NCBI GenBank assembly: GCA_030833925.1
Contig: JAURGE010000007.1
Coordinates: 8,048 to 72,047, forward strand
From: Alphaproteobacteria bacterium
Lineage (GTDB): Bacteria > Pseudomonadota > Alphaproteobacteria > Bin95
Direction: 5' to 3'
Length of the DNA stretch: 64,000 nucleotides
Position 1 is the first letter of the stretch. The number at the start of each line of letters is the position of its first letter. The notes below the pieces were generated by a model that made no database searches, had not been told where the DNA came from, and saw only the letters and a list, made by a program, of their open reading frames with translations. Shown piece by piece: positions 9,705 through 19,860 of this stretch. Position numbers and translations under genes: made by a program.

Positions 9705-10945
9705 TGTGCCGCCTCCGCAATTTTTGCCTCTTGCTTTTTGGCCATCTCAGCAGCGTCCTTCGAGTCCCTTACCTTAGCCAAAAATTGCTTAACACCTCGC
9801 GCTGCCTGACGGATGCGTTGCCGGTTTTCGACAAGGGCCAAGCGCACATAGCCCTCTCCTCTTTCGCCAAATCCTACCCCTGGGGAAACCGCAACATCTG
9901 CTTCTTCAAGAAGCAATTTCGAAAACCCAAGACAACCAAGCTCACGAAATTGTTCTGGTATTGGCGCCCACGCAAACATGGTTGCTGGAGGAGGAGGAAT
10001 ATCCCAACCAGCCTGACTAAACGCATCAACCATTACATCTCTGCGCTCTTTGTAGAGATTTCGAATATCTGCCACACAGTCTTGTGGTCCATTCAAAGCA
10101 GCGGCCGCAGCTACTTGAATTGGAGTAAAAGCACCGTAGTCAAGATAAGATTTTACCCTAGCTAAAGCGCCAACTAAGTCCCGATTACCTACTCCGTACC
10201 CAACACGCCAACCTGGCATTGAGTAGGTTTTTGACAGTGAACCAAATTCAACAGCAATATCGATAGCACCAGGCACCTGAAGGATTGAAGGTGGTGGAAT
10301 GTCATCAAAATAAATTTCAGAATAGGCCAAGTCTGATACGACAAAGATCCCGTGCCTTTTTGCAAATGCTATAACGTCCTTATAGAAATCTAGATCCGCT
10401 GTTAGCGCTGTTGGATTTGATGGATAGCTAAGTAGCAATGCAGTTGGAGGCGGAACAGCATGACGAACGGCCCGTTCCAGCTCAGTAAAGAAAGACGCGT
10501 CGGGCTGAACAGATACATGCCAAAGAGATGCACCGGCGATCACAAATCCAAATGCATGGATCGGGTAACTAGGGTTAGGTGCGAGAATTATATCTCCGGG
10601 AGACGTAATTGCCTGTGCAAGGTTTGCTAGCCCCTCTTTCGATCCCAAAGTAACAACGACTTCAGTCTCTGGGTCTAGCGACACATTAAAACGTCGATCA
10701 TAATAGCTCGAAATAGCGCGGCGCAGACCCGGAACACCTTTTGAACTAGAATAACGATGCGTTCGCCCGTCTCTCACGGTTTCTGTCAGCTTATCTACGA
10801 TATGCTGAGGCGTTGCAGAGTCAGGATTACCCATGCCAAAATCAATAATATCGCGACCAGATTTCCGAGCGGCAGCCTTCATCGCGTTAACTTCGGCAAA
10901 CAGGTAAGGCGGCAAGCGACGTATTTTGTGAAATTGAAAGCTCAT
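9701..10945 (-). CDS. alaC: PLP class I aminotransferase (AlaC / LL-DAP aminotransferase-like)
   Basis: RLPPYLF, DFGMGNPD, SKTYSMPGWRVG, SYLDYG. Confidence 0.8.
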   Translation of the reverse strand: MSFQFHKIRRLPPYLFAEVNAMKAAARKSGRDIIDFGMGNPDSATPQHIVDKLTETVRDGRTHRYSSSKGVPGLRRAISSYYDRRFNVSLDPETEVVVTLGSKEGLANLAQAITSPGDIILAPNPSYPIHAFGFVIAGASLWHVSVQPDASFFTELERAVRHAVPPPTALLLSYPSNPTALTADLDFYKDVIAFAKRHGIFVVSDLAYSEIYFDDIPPPSILQVPGAIDIAVEFGSLSKTYSMPGWRVGYGVGNRDLVGALARVKSYLDYGAFTPIQVAAAAALNGPQDCVADIRNLYKERRDVMVDAFSQAGWDIPPPPATMFAWAPIPEQFRELGCLGFSKLLLEEADVAVSPGVGFGERGEGYVRLALVENRQRIRQAARGVKQFLAKVRDSKDAAEMAKKQEAKIAEAAQ

Positions 10946-11001
10946 TGTTTAGTGAGATCCAAAGCTGGATAAAGACGTTTTATAATGCAGCAATACCTGG
11001 T

Positions 11002-11448
11002 TCAGCGCGCAAGGTATAGCTCTACTCTGGACGTGGCCTCTGGTGTTTTAGGATAATCCGCAATCATAGATTTCACGCCATAAGATTTTAGTTGGTTCAC
11101 GAAGTTGCTCAAAGCTATTTCATCAATATTTCCATAAGCCATCACGAGCGCATCACTTCCGCTTTCTTGAGCTAACCTCGCTGCCTCGTTCACGTACTTT
11201 GCATCTGTTAATTCATTGACCTGCAGCGTTTTCAAGAAAGTATATGCCCGTCCATTATAAAATTTGCTTTGTTCGTTCGCCGCCAAACGAGAGGTTGAGA
11301 TGATTTTAGCGATACGATCGGGTGCATTATCCCGTGCTATAATTAAATCGCGAGGGATTTCAGTAGGTGCAGAGCCCAAACTTGGATAATCGCCGCGACA
11401 GCCAGCCGCAAGGAGTCCAATTAAGAAAATCGTTGCAAATAATCGCAT
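11002..11448 (-). CDS. Hypothetical lipoprotein
   Basis: Hydrophobic N-terminus and lipobox LAAG-C; fills the alaC-phaC gap. Confidence 0.65.
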   Translation of the reverse strand: MRLFATIFLIGLLAAGCRGDYPSLGSAPTEIPRDLIIARDNAPDRIAKIISTSRLAANEQSKFYNGRAYTFLKTLQVNELTDAKYVNEAARLAQESGSDALVMAYGNIDEIALSNFVNQLKSYGVKSMIADYPKTPEATSRVELYLAR

Positions 11449-11472
11449 ATCAGCACATCTAAAATTAAATTT

Positions 11473-11487
11473 TGCTGCGATGCAGCA
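11473..11487. promoter_or_regulatory. Putative PhaR operator TGCTGC-GAT-GCAGCA
   Basis: Perfect inverted repeat containing CTGC-N3-GCAG just upstream of the phaC RBS (GGAGG). Confidence 0.65.
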
Positions 11488-11502
11488 TTTTTGGAGGGAC
11501 CA

Positions 11503-13296
11503 ATGAATTCTATTCCAGAGCCGCTCTCACAGGAAGCATTAAGTCGCCTTGCAAAAGAGCTAACCGACATCGCAGAGCGCAGCCAGCGCTTAATAGCAGA
11601 TTTTGTAGAAAAGTCGGGGCAAATAAACCCTGCCGATACACATCAAGAATTTATGCTGATTGGTCAAACGTTCATGCAATACGCTATGAAACTCTCTGAG
11701 AACCCAACTCAGATGATTGAGGCGCAGGCTGATCTTTGGGCCCAGTATGCCGCTCTTTGGCAAACCACACTGCAGAGGATGGCAGGGAGTGAAAGCTCTC
11801 CAATAGCCACGCCTGATAAGGGTGACAGACGATTTAAAGATACCGAGTGGTCTGATAATCTTATATTTGACTATATCAAACAGTCTTACCTTCTGACGTC
11901 ACGTTGGCTGACAGATCAAACTGGGCAAGTTGAGGGTCTAGAACCCCAGCTAGCGAAAAAAGTCGATTTTTATACCCGTCAGTTTGTAGACGCGATCTCA
12001 CCCACTAATTTTGTTGCAACAAACCCCGCAGTGCTTCGTGAAACTGTTGAAACTCACGGTGAGAACCTACTCAAGGGTTTACAAAATATCTTAAATGATA
12101 TGGAGCGAGGACACGGCCAGCTTCGGATAAGTCAGACAGATATGGAAGCATTTTCTGTTGGCGAAAATATCGCGGTAACACCCGGAAAAGTCGTCTTTCA
12201 AAATGACCTAATGCAGCTGTTGCATTATCAACCAACAACTGAAAAACAATTCGTCAATCCTCTTCTGATTATCCCGCCCTGGATCAACAAGTTTTATATT
12301 TTAGACCTCCGCCCAGAAAATTCATTCATCAGATGGGCAACCGATCAAGGCCATAGTGTCTACGTCATTTCTTGGGTCAACCCGACAGCCGATCTAAGAG
12401 ACAAAGACTTCACCTCCTACATGCTAGAAGGTCCCCTCGCCGCTGTAGAAGCTATAGAAAGGGATACAGGCACCAAAAAAGTGAACGCGATTGGGTATTG
12501 CCTGGGCGGCACATTACTATCAGCAACTTTGGCCTATGCAGCAAAGAAGAAGATAAACAGCTTTGCCAGCGCAACCTTCTTCACGACCCTAGTTGATTTT
12601 GAACAAGCGGGTGAGCTTTCCGTTGTTGTAGACGAAGAGCAAATCCAGCTCATTGAACGGAAGATGCATGAAAAAGGTTATCTCGACGGTGCTGAGATGG
12701 CCTCAACATTCAATAGTCTGCGCTCAAATGATTTGATTTGGTCGTTTGTAGTCAGCAACTATCTGATGGGTAAAGAGCCATTCCCATTTGATTTATTGTT
12801 TTGGAACTCCGACTCCACGCGTCTTCCCGAAGCGATGCATTCGTTCTACCTTCGGAATATGTATCAAAAGAATTTAATGCGTGAGCCTGGTGGTATTTCT
12901 ATGAATGAACAGCCAATTGATCTGGGTGACATTGAAACACCAACCTATTTCCTAGCTACCAAAGAAGATCATATCGCTCCCTGGCCCGGCGTATATCAAG
13001 GTATGAAACGATTTGGCGGTGAAACAAAATTCGTTCTTGCTGCATCAGGACACATCGCTGGAGTGGTAAACCCACCAACCGCTAATAAGTATAGCTATTG
13101 GACTAACGAAAATAAGCCAGAGACCGAACAAGAATGGTTCGATAATTCAATCGAAAAATCTGGATCTTGGTGGGCTGATTGGCAGTCCTGGGTTGCAGCA
13201 AAAGCTGGCAAGAAGATTCCCGCTCGTGTCCCTGGCAAAGGAAAACTAGCTGTTATTGAAGCTGCGCCTGGGTCCTACGTAAAGGTCCGATCTTAA
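11503..13296 (+). CDS. phaC: Class I polyhydroxyalkanoate synthase
   Basis: DRRF, PPWINKFYILDL, lipase box GYCLGG, EDHIAP, SGHIAG; ATG 11503 after GGAGG. Confidence 0.97.
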   Translation: MNSIPEPLSQEALSRLAKELTDIAERSQRLIADFVEKSGQINPADTHQEFMLIGQTFMQYAMKLSENPTQMIEAQADLWAQYAALWQTTLQRMAGSESSPIATPDKGDRRFKDTEWSDNLIFDYIKQSYLLTSRWLTDQTGQVEGLEPQLAKKVDFYTRQFVDAISPTNFVATNPAVLRETVETHGENLLKGLQNILNDMERGHGQLRISQTDMEAFSVGENIAVTPGKVVFQNDLMQLLHYQPTTEKQFVNPLLIIPPWINKFYILDLRPENSFIRWATDQGHSVYVISWVNPTADLRDKDFTSYMLEGPLAAVEAIERDTGTKKVNAIGYCLGGTLLSATLAYAAKKKINSFASATFFTTLVDFEQAGELSVVVDEEQIQLIERKMHEKGYLDGAEMASTFNSLRSNDLIWSFVVSNYLMGKEPFPFDLLFWNSDSTRLPEAMHSFYLRNMYQKNLMREPGGISMNEQPIDLGDIETPTYFLATKEDHIAPWPGVYQGMKRFGGETKFVLAASGHIAGVVNPPTANKYSYWTNENKPETEQEWFDNSIEKSGSWWADWQSWVAAKAGKKIPARVPGKGKLAVIEAAPGSYVKVRS

Positions 13297-13430
13297 CAGG
13301 ATAAAGTCTTAATCAAACTTTTCTAGCAAAACTGCAAAAAGAACTGGTTATGGCTAGAGGCGTTCTTTGAATTAACAGTCCACAAACTAAAGTATGGCGA
13401 GCGTTTCATTGGCGGCTTATAAGCAAACTT

Positions 13431-14396
13431 ATGATTATGCCTGCTGCAGAGTCCCTCTCCTCCCGCCATCTTATTGGGATTGAGGGCCTATCCCCTGCCG
13501 AGATTGAGTTGCTACTCGATCTTTCGGACCACTACGTCGACTTTAATCGCAGCCCCAACAAAAAGGGTGACGCGCTTAGAGGTCGGACTATCATCAACGT
13601 GTTTTTTGAAAATTCGACAAGAACACGAACGTCATTCGAGTTGGCTGGCAAGAGATTAGGCGCCGACGTCATAAATATCTCACCGGAGGTCAGCTCAGTT
13701 CGCAAAGGCGAAACACTGCTCGATACAGCGTTAACGCTAGACGCAATGCATGCCGATTTACTTGTCGTTCGCCATCCAGAGTCTGGTGCAGTTGGACTAA
13801 TTTCACAAAAGGTACGCTGTTCAGTTGTGAACGGCGGTGATGGTGCCCACGAACACCCAACACAAGCGCTTTTAGATGCCCTTGCCATCCGCCGGCGAAA
13901 GGGACGGCTGTCTGGACTTGTAGTAGCGATATGTGGCGATATTCTTCACAGTCGTGTGGCGCGCTCTAACATGATTTTGCTTCGGACCATGGGGGCTGAA
14001 GTTAGACTAGTGGCTCCACCAACTCTGCTTCCTACAGAAGTAGAGCGATATGGAGTTTCTATCCACACTGACCTTTTAGAAGGTCTAAAAGATGCAGATA
14101 TCGTCATGATGCTGCGACTTCAGCAAGAGCGGATGAGAGGAAGTTTTGTACCTTCCACAGCGGAATATTTCCGATTTTTTGGCCTAGATAGTATTAAGCT
14201 TTCTATGGCTAAACCCGATGCGCTTATCATGCACCCCGGCCCTATGAACCGAGGCGTCGAAATTGATTCAGATGTAGCTGATGATATCAACCGCAGTTTA
14301 ATCCAAGAGCAGGTAGAAATGGGTGTTGCGGTGCGTATGGCATGCCTCGATCTTTTGACGAGACATCTCAGAGGCAATAAGGGCCCGGCGGAATGA
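13431..14396 (+). CDS. pyrB: Aspartate carbamoyltransferase catalytic subunit
   Basis: [22 protein letters not shown]. Confidence 0.97.
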   Translation: MIMPAAESLSSRHLIGIEGLSPAEIELLLDLSDHYVDFNRSPNKKGDALRGRTIINVFFENSTRTRTSFELAGKRLGADVINISPEVSSVRKGETLLDTALTLDAMHADLLVVRHPESGAVGLISQKVRCSVVNGGDGAHEHPTQALLDALAIRRRKGRLSGLVVAICGDILHSRVARSNMILLRTMGAEVRLVAPPTLLPTEVERYGVSIHTDLLEGLKDADIVMMLRLQQERMRGSFVPSTAEYFRFFGLDSIKLSMAKPDALIMHPGPMNRGVEIDSDVADDINRSLIQEQVEMGVAVRMACLDLLTRHLRGNKGPAE

Positions 14397-15685
14397 AACG
14401 GATATTCTTCCAAAATGCCAGAATCTTAGACCCTGCAAGCAATCTCGATGTCGTAGGGGGTCTTCTCGTTGAAGGTTCTATAATTGCCGACTTTGGACCC
14501 CACTTAGATAAGGCACCCGCAGATGCGGACGTGATCGACTGTCAGGGGCTCTGCTTGTCACCAGGCCTGGTCGACATTCGAGTACATCTATGCGAGCCGG
14601 GTGAAGAACACAAAGAAACCATAGATGGCCTGTCTGCCGCTGCTGCAAGGGGTGGAATCACGACAGTTGTTGGGCTTCCCAACACGGACCCCCCAATAGA
14701 CGATGCAGCAGTTGTAGAATTTGTTGCGAGGCGTGCCCGAGAGGTTCGAGGTGTAAAGATCTTTGTTTATGGAGCAGCAACTAGGGGATTTGATGGTAAA
14801 CGCCTGACGGAGATGGGATTACTTAAGGAAGCAGGGGCCAAGGCTTTTACAGATGGCGACGTTGCAATCGCTGATGCGATTATGATGCGGCGTGTCTTAT
14901 CATACGCCAGCGGCTTTGATGCTTTAGTTATTCAACATCCTGAAGAGCCAACGCTTACAGCCTCCGCGGTAGCTACCGAAGGAGAGTATGCTACCCGACT
15001 AGGCCTACCGGCTGCACCATCTGCAGCGGAAGTAATAATGGTCGAGCGAGACATGAGACTAGTTGAGATGACCGGGGCTCGTTATCACGCGGCGCACATC
15101 TCGACTGGTGCAGCAGCCAAAGAAATTGCAGCAGCAAAACGCCGAGGACTTGACGTTACCGCAGACACAGCCCCTGTTTACTTTTCCCTCAATGAAACTG
15201 AGCTCTTAGAATATCGAACTTTCGCAAAATTATCTCCTCCCCTGCGCTCTGAAGAAGATCGCCGTGCAATAGTTCAAGCACTGAAAGAAGGCGTTATTGA
15301 CATCATAGCAAGCGATCATTGGCCACAAGATCAGGAATCAAAACGGCTTCCTTTTGCCCAGGCAAATCCTGGCACTGTGGGTGTTGAAACACTATTACCA
15401 GTATCACTTGAATTGGTACATCGTGGCGAGATTGAACTCCTTGACCTATTGGCAAAGTTAACAGTGAACCCAGCTAAGTTGCTTGACTTACCTGGAGGGA
15501 CGTTAACCCAAGGTGGCCCAGCCGACATTGTTCTCTTTGATATTGATCGTCCGTTTTGTATTGATGCTGACTCCCTCTCATCAAAATCAAAAAATTCCGC
15601 ATTTGATGGTCGACCTGTCCAAGGCTTAGTCATAGTAACAATGGTTGACGGCCGGTTGGTCTACGATGGACGAAAAACGGGATGA
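14393..15685 (+). CDS. pyrC: Dihydroorotase-like protein, possibly the inactive PyrC' type
   Basis: [23 protein letters not shown]; overlaps pyrB by ATGA. Confidence 0.85.
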   Translation: MKRIFFQNARILDPASNLDVVGGLLVEGSIIADFGPHLDKAPADADVIDCQGLCLSPGLVDIRVHLCEPGEEHKETIDGLSAAAARGGITTVVGLPNTDPPIDDAAVVEFVARRAREVRGVKIFVYGAATRGFDGKRLTEMGLLKEAGAKAFTDGDVAIADAIMMRRVLSYASGFDALVIQHPEEPTLTASAVATEGEYATRLGLPAAPSAAEVIMVERDMRLVEMTGARYHAAHISTGAAAKEIAAAKRRGLDVTADTAPVYFSLNETELLEYRTFAKLSPPLRSEEDRRAIVQALKEGVIDIIASDHWPQDQESKRLPFAQANPGTVGVETLLPVSLELVHRGEIELLDLLAKLTVNPAKLLDLPGGTLTQGGPADIVLFDIDRPFCIDADSLSSKSKNSAFDGRPVQGLVIVTMVDGRLVYDGRKTG

Positions 15686-16302
15686 TCTATCCATTAGGGG
15701 GATGGGCATTTTTATGGCCGCTGCTAATCGGTTTTGTTGCTGCTTATCTCTTAGGGTCTATCCCCTTTGGCCTGATATTGACGAAACTTTTTGGTGCGGG
15801 CGACATACGCAAGATCGGCTCTGGTAATATTGGCGCAACAAATGTCTTAAGAACCGGTCGTAAAGGTCTAGCTGCTTCCACACTTGTTTTAGATATGGCC
15901 AAAGGGTTTTTGGCTGTATTTCTTGGTTGGTATTTCGGCGGGCCAGATCTCGCAACGCTCGCCGCCTACGGAGCGGTGATTGGCCATTGTTTCCCTATTT
16001 GGCTCAAATTCAGAGGTGGCAAGGGCGTCGCAACTTTTCTTGGGATAGCAACAGCACTTGCTTGGCCTATCGGCGCTATTTCCGCGCTGGTTTGGCTTGG
16101 ATCGATAGCTGCCACACGTATTTCATCCATCGGAGGCATCTTATCAGCGGTCTCCGCACCAATCACAGCAGCCTTTATTGGTGATCGCCAGCTGGTAGAG
16201 GCCACAGCATTAATAGCCATCCTGATTGTAATTCGGCATTGGCAAAATATTTGCCGATTACTGCGGCGCAAAGAACCAAAAATTGGTCAAAACTCTAGAT
16301 AA
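15682..16302 (+). CDS. plsY: Glycerol-3-phosphate acyltransferase
   Basis: YLLGSIPFG, GSGNIGATN, GGKGVAT. Confidence 0.96.
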   Translation: MIYPLGGWAFLWPLLIGFVAAYLLGSIPFGLILTKLFGAGDIRKIGSGNIGATNVLRTGRKGLAASTLVLDMAKGFLAVFLGWYFGGPDLATLAAYGAVIGHCFPIWLKFRGGKGVATFLGIATALAWPIGAISALVWLGSIAATRISSIGGILSAVSAPITAAFIGDRQLVEATALIAILIVIRHWQNICRLLRRKEPKIGQNSR

Positions 16303-16399
16303 AACAACGGCATATCAATACCCGCTTTCGATATGTCTCTGAGCTATAAAACTTTAAACTCAAATCACCATCAAATGCCTTATCACCGAATATTTCTGC

Positions 16400-17626
16400 C
16401 TACTTCCACTTCAATTTTGGTTCAAAACCAAAACATCGAGAAGCATTCATCCCAAGAATATTCCGCTTAGCCTCTTCGTCTAACCAATCAATTTCTGCGA
16501 TAACCCGCGGCGCATCAAAATCGAAATGAGGCCAATCAGAGGCGTAAAGCAACTGAGTCTTAGCGTTTATCATCTCAAACGTAGCCTTCAATCCCACCTC
16601 ACTGGATTTCTCCATTGGTTGACAGGTGTACCAGCAGTTTTGACGCATATAGTCCGACGGCATTTGCTTCAAAAGTGGCGCCTCTGACATTCTCATTAAA
16701 TATTGGTCATCTAGCCGCTGCATTACAAAAGGAACCCAGGCAAGACCACTTTCAATCCAAACAGATTTTAGTTTTGGAAAACGCTCCGGGATCCCATTTA
16801 AAATCCAATTTGTCATGTGAACAATGTTGCACCATGCAAAACCAAGGGCATGCATGCCAAGGAAACTATTGCAGGTAGCTAAAGACGGGTCTTGCCAATG
16901 ATAACCGGCGTGAAATGCTATCGGCTTTCCAGTTTCTTCGATCATTCGATAAAGCCTCATATACTCGTTGGCATGAACTGGCTTGTATCGTGTTGATGTC
17001 ACAGTAAACCCAATGACACCGGGCTTATCGGCAAAGTCTTCAACTGTACGGCAGGCATCTTCAGGAGAATTAAACGGGAGCAGAGCTAATGCACCAATGC
17101 CGTCATCGCCTGGGGTTACTCGCTCTGTCAGCCAGCGGTTATAGGCACGCGTGAGGAGAACCTCCATCTCGACCTGAGGATGCATTCCAAGAAATAGCAT
17201 CGGTGTTGGGAAAACGACCATTTTGTCGATGCACATTGCCTCCATGGCCCGGCGAGTTAGGACGACATCTCTATGCACGTCCCCCTCATCTACCTTCTCA
17301 CGCTGCCCAGACTGATGAGGAATGCGTCCCCCAACATCTTGATATCGGAGTCCAAGATCACCGTTCAGTCCGTAAGGCGGAGCACCAAAACGCTCCTTCT
17401 GGTAAGTCAACGCTTGGTGACGAACTACTGGGTCCTCAATGTGCTCGATAACTTCGTGCCAATGCACGGTTTCCAGATGATGAGCATCGATATCGCAGAT
17501 AAACCAGTCTGCAAAACCCATTTTGCGCGCGTCCTCGCGCGCTGGCGCGAGATAATCACGAGTATCGGTGTAGACATCCATCTCTTGGACAGACATTGCC
17601 TTCGATGAAATGATATTGGCGTCCAT
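16400..17626 (-). CDS. Amidohydrolase_2-fold metalloprotein; candidate dimetal monooxygenase
   Basis: DIDAHH, AFHAG, WIESG, ASDWPHFD; GAGGAG RBS; same operon as a Rieske ferredoxin. Confidence 0.85.
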   Translation of the reverse strand: MDANIISSKAMSVQEMDVYTDTRDYLAPAREDARKMGFADWFICDIDAHHLETVHWHEVIEHIEDPVVRHQALTYQKERFGAPPYGLNGDLGLRYQDVGGRIPHQSGQREKVDEGDVHRDVVLTRRAMEAMCIDKMVVFPTPMLFLGMHPQVEMEVLLTRAYNRWLTERVTPGDDGIGALALLPFNSPEDACRTVEDFADKPGVIGFTVTSTRYKPVHANEYMRLYRMIEETGKPIAFHAGYHWQDPSLATCNSFLGMHALGFAWCNIVHMTNWILNGIPERFPKLKSVWIESGLAWVPFVMQRLDDQYLMRMSEAPLLKQMPSDYMRQNCWYTCQPMEKSSEVGLKATFEMINAKTQLLYASDWPHFDFDAPRVIAEIDWLDEEAKRNILGMNASRCFGFEPKLKWK

Positions 17627-17662
17627 TGTGCGTCTCCTCGATAGAAGGGCTTGTGGCCGATA

Positions 17663-18031
17663 TTAATCTTTTAATGGCTCCGGTGGGATATCATGATAAT
17701 CTTCTGGCCGGCGACGCGACCAGAGGCCAAATTCCATTGGTCCAAGACGTAGCGCTCGCAGAATTTCAGTGACTGACGTTAGAGCTTCGGTTGGCGTTAC
17801 GATTTCATCACCTTGGCCTAAAACTGCTTTTGGACTGCGCATCTCTCCATCAGCTTTAGCAGCGTAAAGTTTTATAGCCGCAGTCATGATACGCGCTACT
17901 GCCACATCAGAAACACGCCCAGCATCACCTTCAGAGAGAAGTGCCTTTGCATCCTCCCATACTCTATTGGAAATAACCTCTAAATCATTAGCTGGGTCAT
18001 TTCCCTGTGAATTGGGTTCAGACGACGACAT
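17663..18031 (-). CDS. Small hypothetical helical protein between the Rieske and amidohydrolase genes
   Basis: ATG 18031 overlaps the end of the Rieske gene; amphipathic segments ARIMTAAIKLYAAKA and VTPTEALTSVTEILRAL. Confidence 0.75.
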   Translation of the reverse strand: MSSSEPNSQGNDPANDLEVISNRVWEDAKALLSEGDAGRVSDVAVARIMTAAIKLYAAKADGEMRSPKAVLGQGDEIVTPTEALTSVTEILRALRLGPMEFGLWSRRRPEDYHDIPPEPLKD

Positions 18032-18392
18032 AAACATCACCATCTTGAACCTGCGTTGAGTACCCTTCGAGATTCATAATTTTTACTGCTGACGCACCAG
18101 CAAATTCCCCTGTACGAATATCAAACTCAAGGCCATGCCATGGGCAGACAATGTGGGTCGTCGAGTCATCAAAATCACGCCCACGACTTTTTAAATCCGC
18201 GTCCAGCACTTCAAGTACTTTATTGTAGATGCGCCCCTGGCAGACTGGGCCACCTTGATGGGGGCATTTATTTTTCCAAGCAAAAAATTCATTGCCTATA
18301 CGAAAGACGCCGATCTGTTCCCCCTCAGTTTCAACCACGATCTTCCCACCGTCCTGAATATCAGCGACACGGCCCACACGAATTGTCGGCAT
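18018..18392 (-). CDS. Rieske [2Fe-2S] ferredoxin
   Basis: CPH-X37-CPWH; AGGA RBS. Confidence 0.92.
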   Translation of the reverse strand: MPTIRVGRVADIQDGGKIVVETEGEQIGVFRIGNEFFAWKNKCPHQGGPVCQGRIYNKVLEVLDADLKSRGRDFDDSTTHIVCPWHGLEFDIRTGEFAGASAVKIMNLEGYSTQVQDGDVYVVV

Positions 18393-18574
18393 TTATCGTC
18401 CTATCGAATTTAATGATCGATGAGCAGCATTGTCTCCATTAAGTGATGATCAATCAACTAAATGCTGACTATTAATCATTGATTGCACACAAAAACGAAT
18501 ATTTTTCGATGAAACCAATCTGAGTGGTTCAGAAAACCAACATTTAACCTTTGAAATAAGCTCGGTAAAAATAA

Positions 18575-19741
18575 CTACTTTACCGGCGGCGTATGCAAAA
18601 CTTGGCCAGGATAAATTAGATCGGGATTATCTACCTGATCCCTGTTAGCCGCATAAATCACAGTATATCGGAACCCCGACCCATAGGTCCGTCTCGCAAT
18701 GCGCCACAGACTATTGCCTGGCTGGACTACTACCAAACGGCCTTTGGGAAAGGTCTTAACTAGATCGGCAGGAGCAAATGGTATCCGCGCTGTCGATACT
18801 TCCTCTCCAATAGCAGCTGTAGCTCCAACCTGGATTGCATCCTTACCAATCCCTTCAGAGGTTGTGATAGACCATTTCCCCGCATTATCCGCCATCGTGG
18901 AAGCGATAACCTTACCATTAATATCGAGAGAAATTTTTGAGCTGGGCTTTGCCTCACCACTAACAGTTAACCGTCCTTTCTCATCGTAATCGATGACCGT
19001 TATTTTAATTTTTCCGCCATTTTCGTTGTCTTGACTGTTTCTAGTGACAGGAGTTTTCGAGGAACTCTCGGAGTTGTTAAGTAACTCAGAAGCCCCTTTC
19101 GACGCAGGTCGTTGGAGGATCCTGGACGCGTAATCAGCCGTATCCCGTTGAACGAGGATAAGTGCTGGGCGGTTGCCATTACGAGAAACAACTAGCTGCT
19201 CAACAGCTCTGACAATCGCTCCCCCAGGAACCTCTTCAACTTCAAGTGAGAGAACAGATTCACCCTCAGGCAAGGGGTTCAGAGAAAGAATGGTAAAGGC
19301 ACCATCTTCAAGAGCTATCGTTTCACCAACTAATGTACCATCTGAATTTCTCAGCCAAACTCTGACTTTTGGTTTTGCGCGGCCAGAAAATATACCGTTG
19401 CCAAATTCGTCGACCTCTGCCACGTCAAACCGAGGAATTTCAAGCAGACCTGTTTCATTGCTCGTCTTGGACAACTCTCCTGAGCCTTTAGATTGCCCAG
19501 ACTGTGCCATATCGGTTTTCTTAGCTTTTGGTTTCTTGTTTTCACTATCTGGGAACCGACTTAATGCCTGGCCTGCGCTTTCAAGCGCTGTTTTAAGTTT
19601 TTCACTGTCTTGGGCGTCAGAGGTCGCGGCCACTTTGTCACTATCACTCGTAACAGGCGCGTCGACCACTAATTGGCTGTAGTAAATACCGCCAACAATA
19701 ATTCCAATTGCCAGGAGACGGCCTATCCAAGACTTATTCAC
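18575..19741 (-). CDS. Membrane-anchored LysM peptidoglycan-binding protein with Ig-like repeats
   Basis: N-terminal TM segment; C-terminal VVQPGNSLWRIA...NPDLIYPGQ; GTG start after GGAGG. Confidence 0.88.
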   Translation of the reverse strand: MNKSWIGRLLAIGIIVGGIYYSQLVVDAPVTSDSDKVAATSDAQDSEKLKTALESAGQALSRFPDSENKKPKAKKTDMAQSGQSKGSGELSKTSNETGLLEIPRFDVAEVDEFGNGIFSGRAKPKVRVWLRNSDGTLVGETIALEDGAFTILSLNPLPEGESVLSLEVEEVPGGAIVRAVEQLVVSRNGNRPALILVQRDTADYASRILQRPASKGASELLNNSESSSKTPVTRNSQDNENGGKIKITVIDYDEKGRLTVSGEAKPSSKISLDINGKVIASTMADNAGKWSITTSEGIGKDAIQVGATAAIGEEVSTARIPFAPADLVKTFPKGRLVVVQPGNSLWRIARRTYGSGFRYTVIYAANRDQVDNPDLIYPGQVLHTPPVK

Positions 19742-19860
19742 GGCGTCACAACCTCCTGCGAAGTGTGCATTACACGTATTGCAACCTATATTTGATAATG
19801 CACGTGTATTTGCTCTTTTATAAGGGCATTCGCATCAAAATAGCTGAATTGGTTAATTTA

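Noticed and set aside
19708-19860. N-terminal extension of the LOG ORF
   Set aside because: It overlaps the LysM gene start and promoter; family similarity begins at ATG 19861
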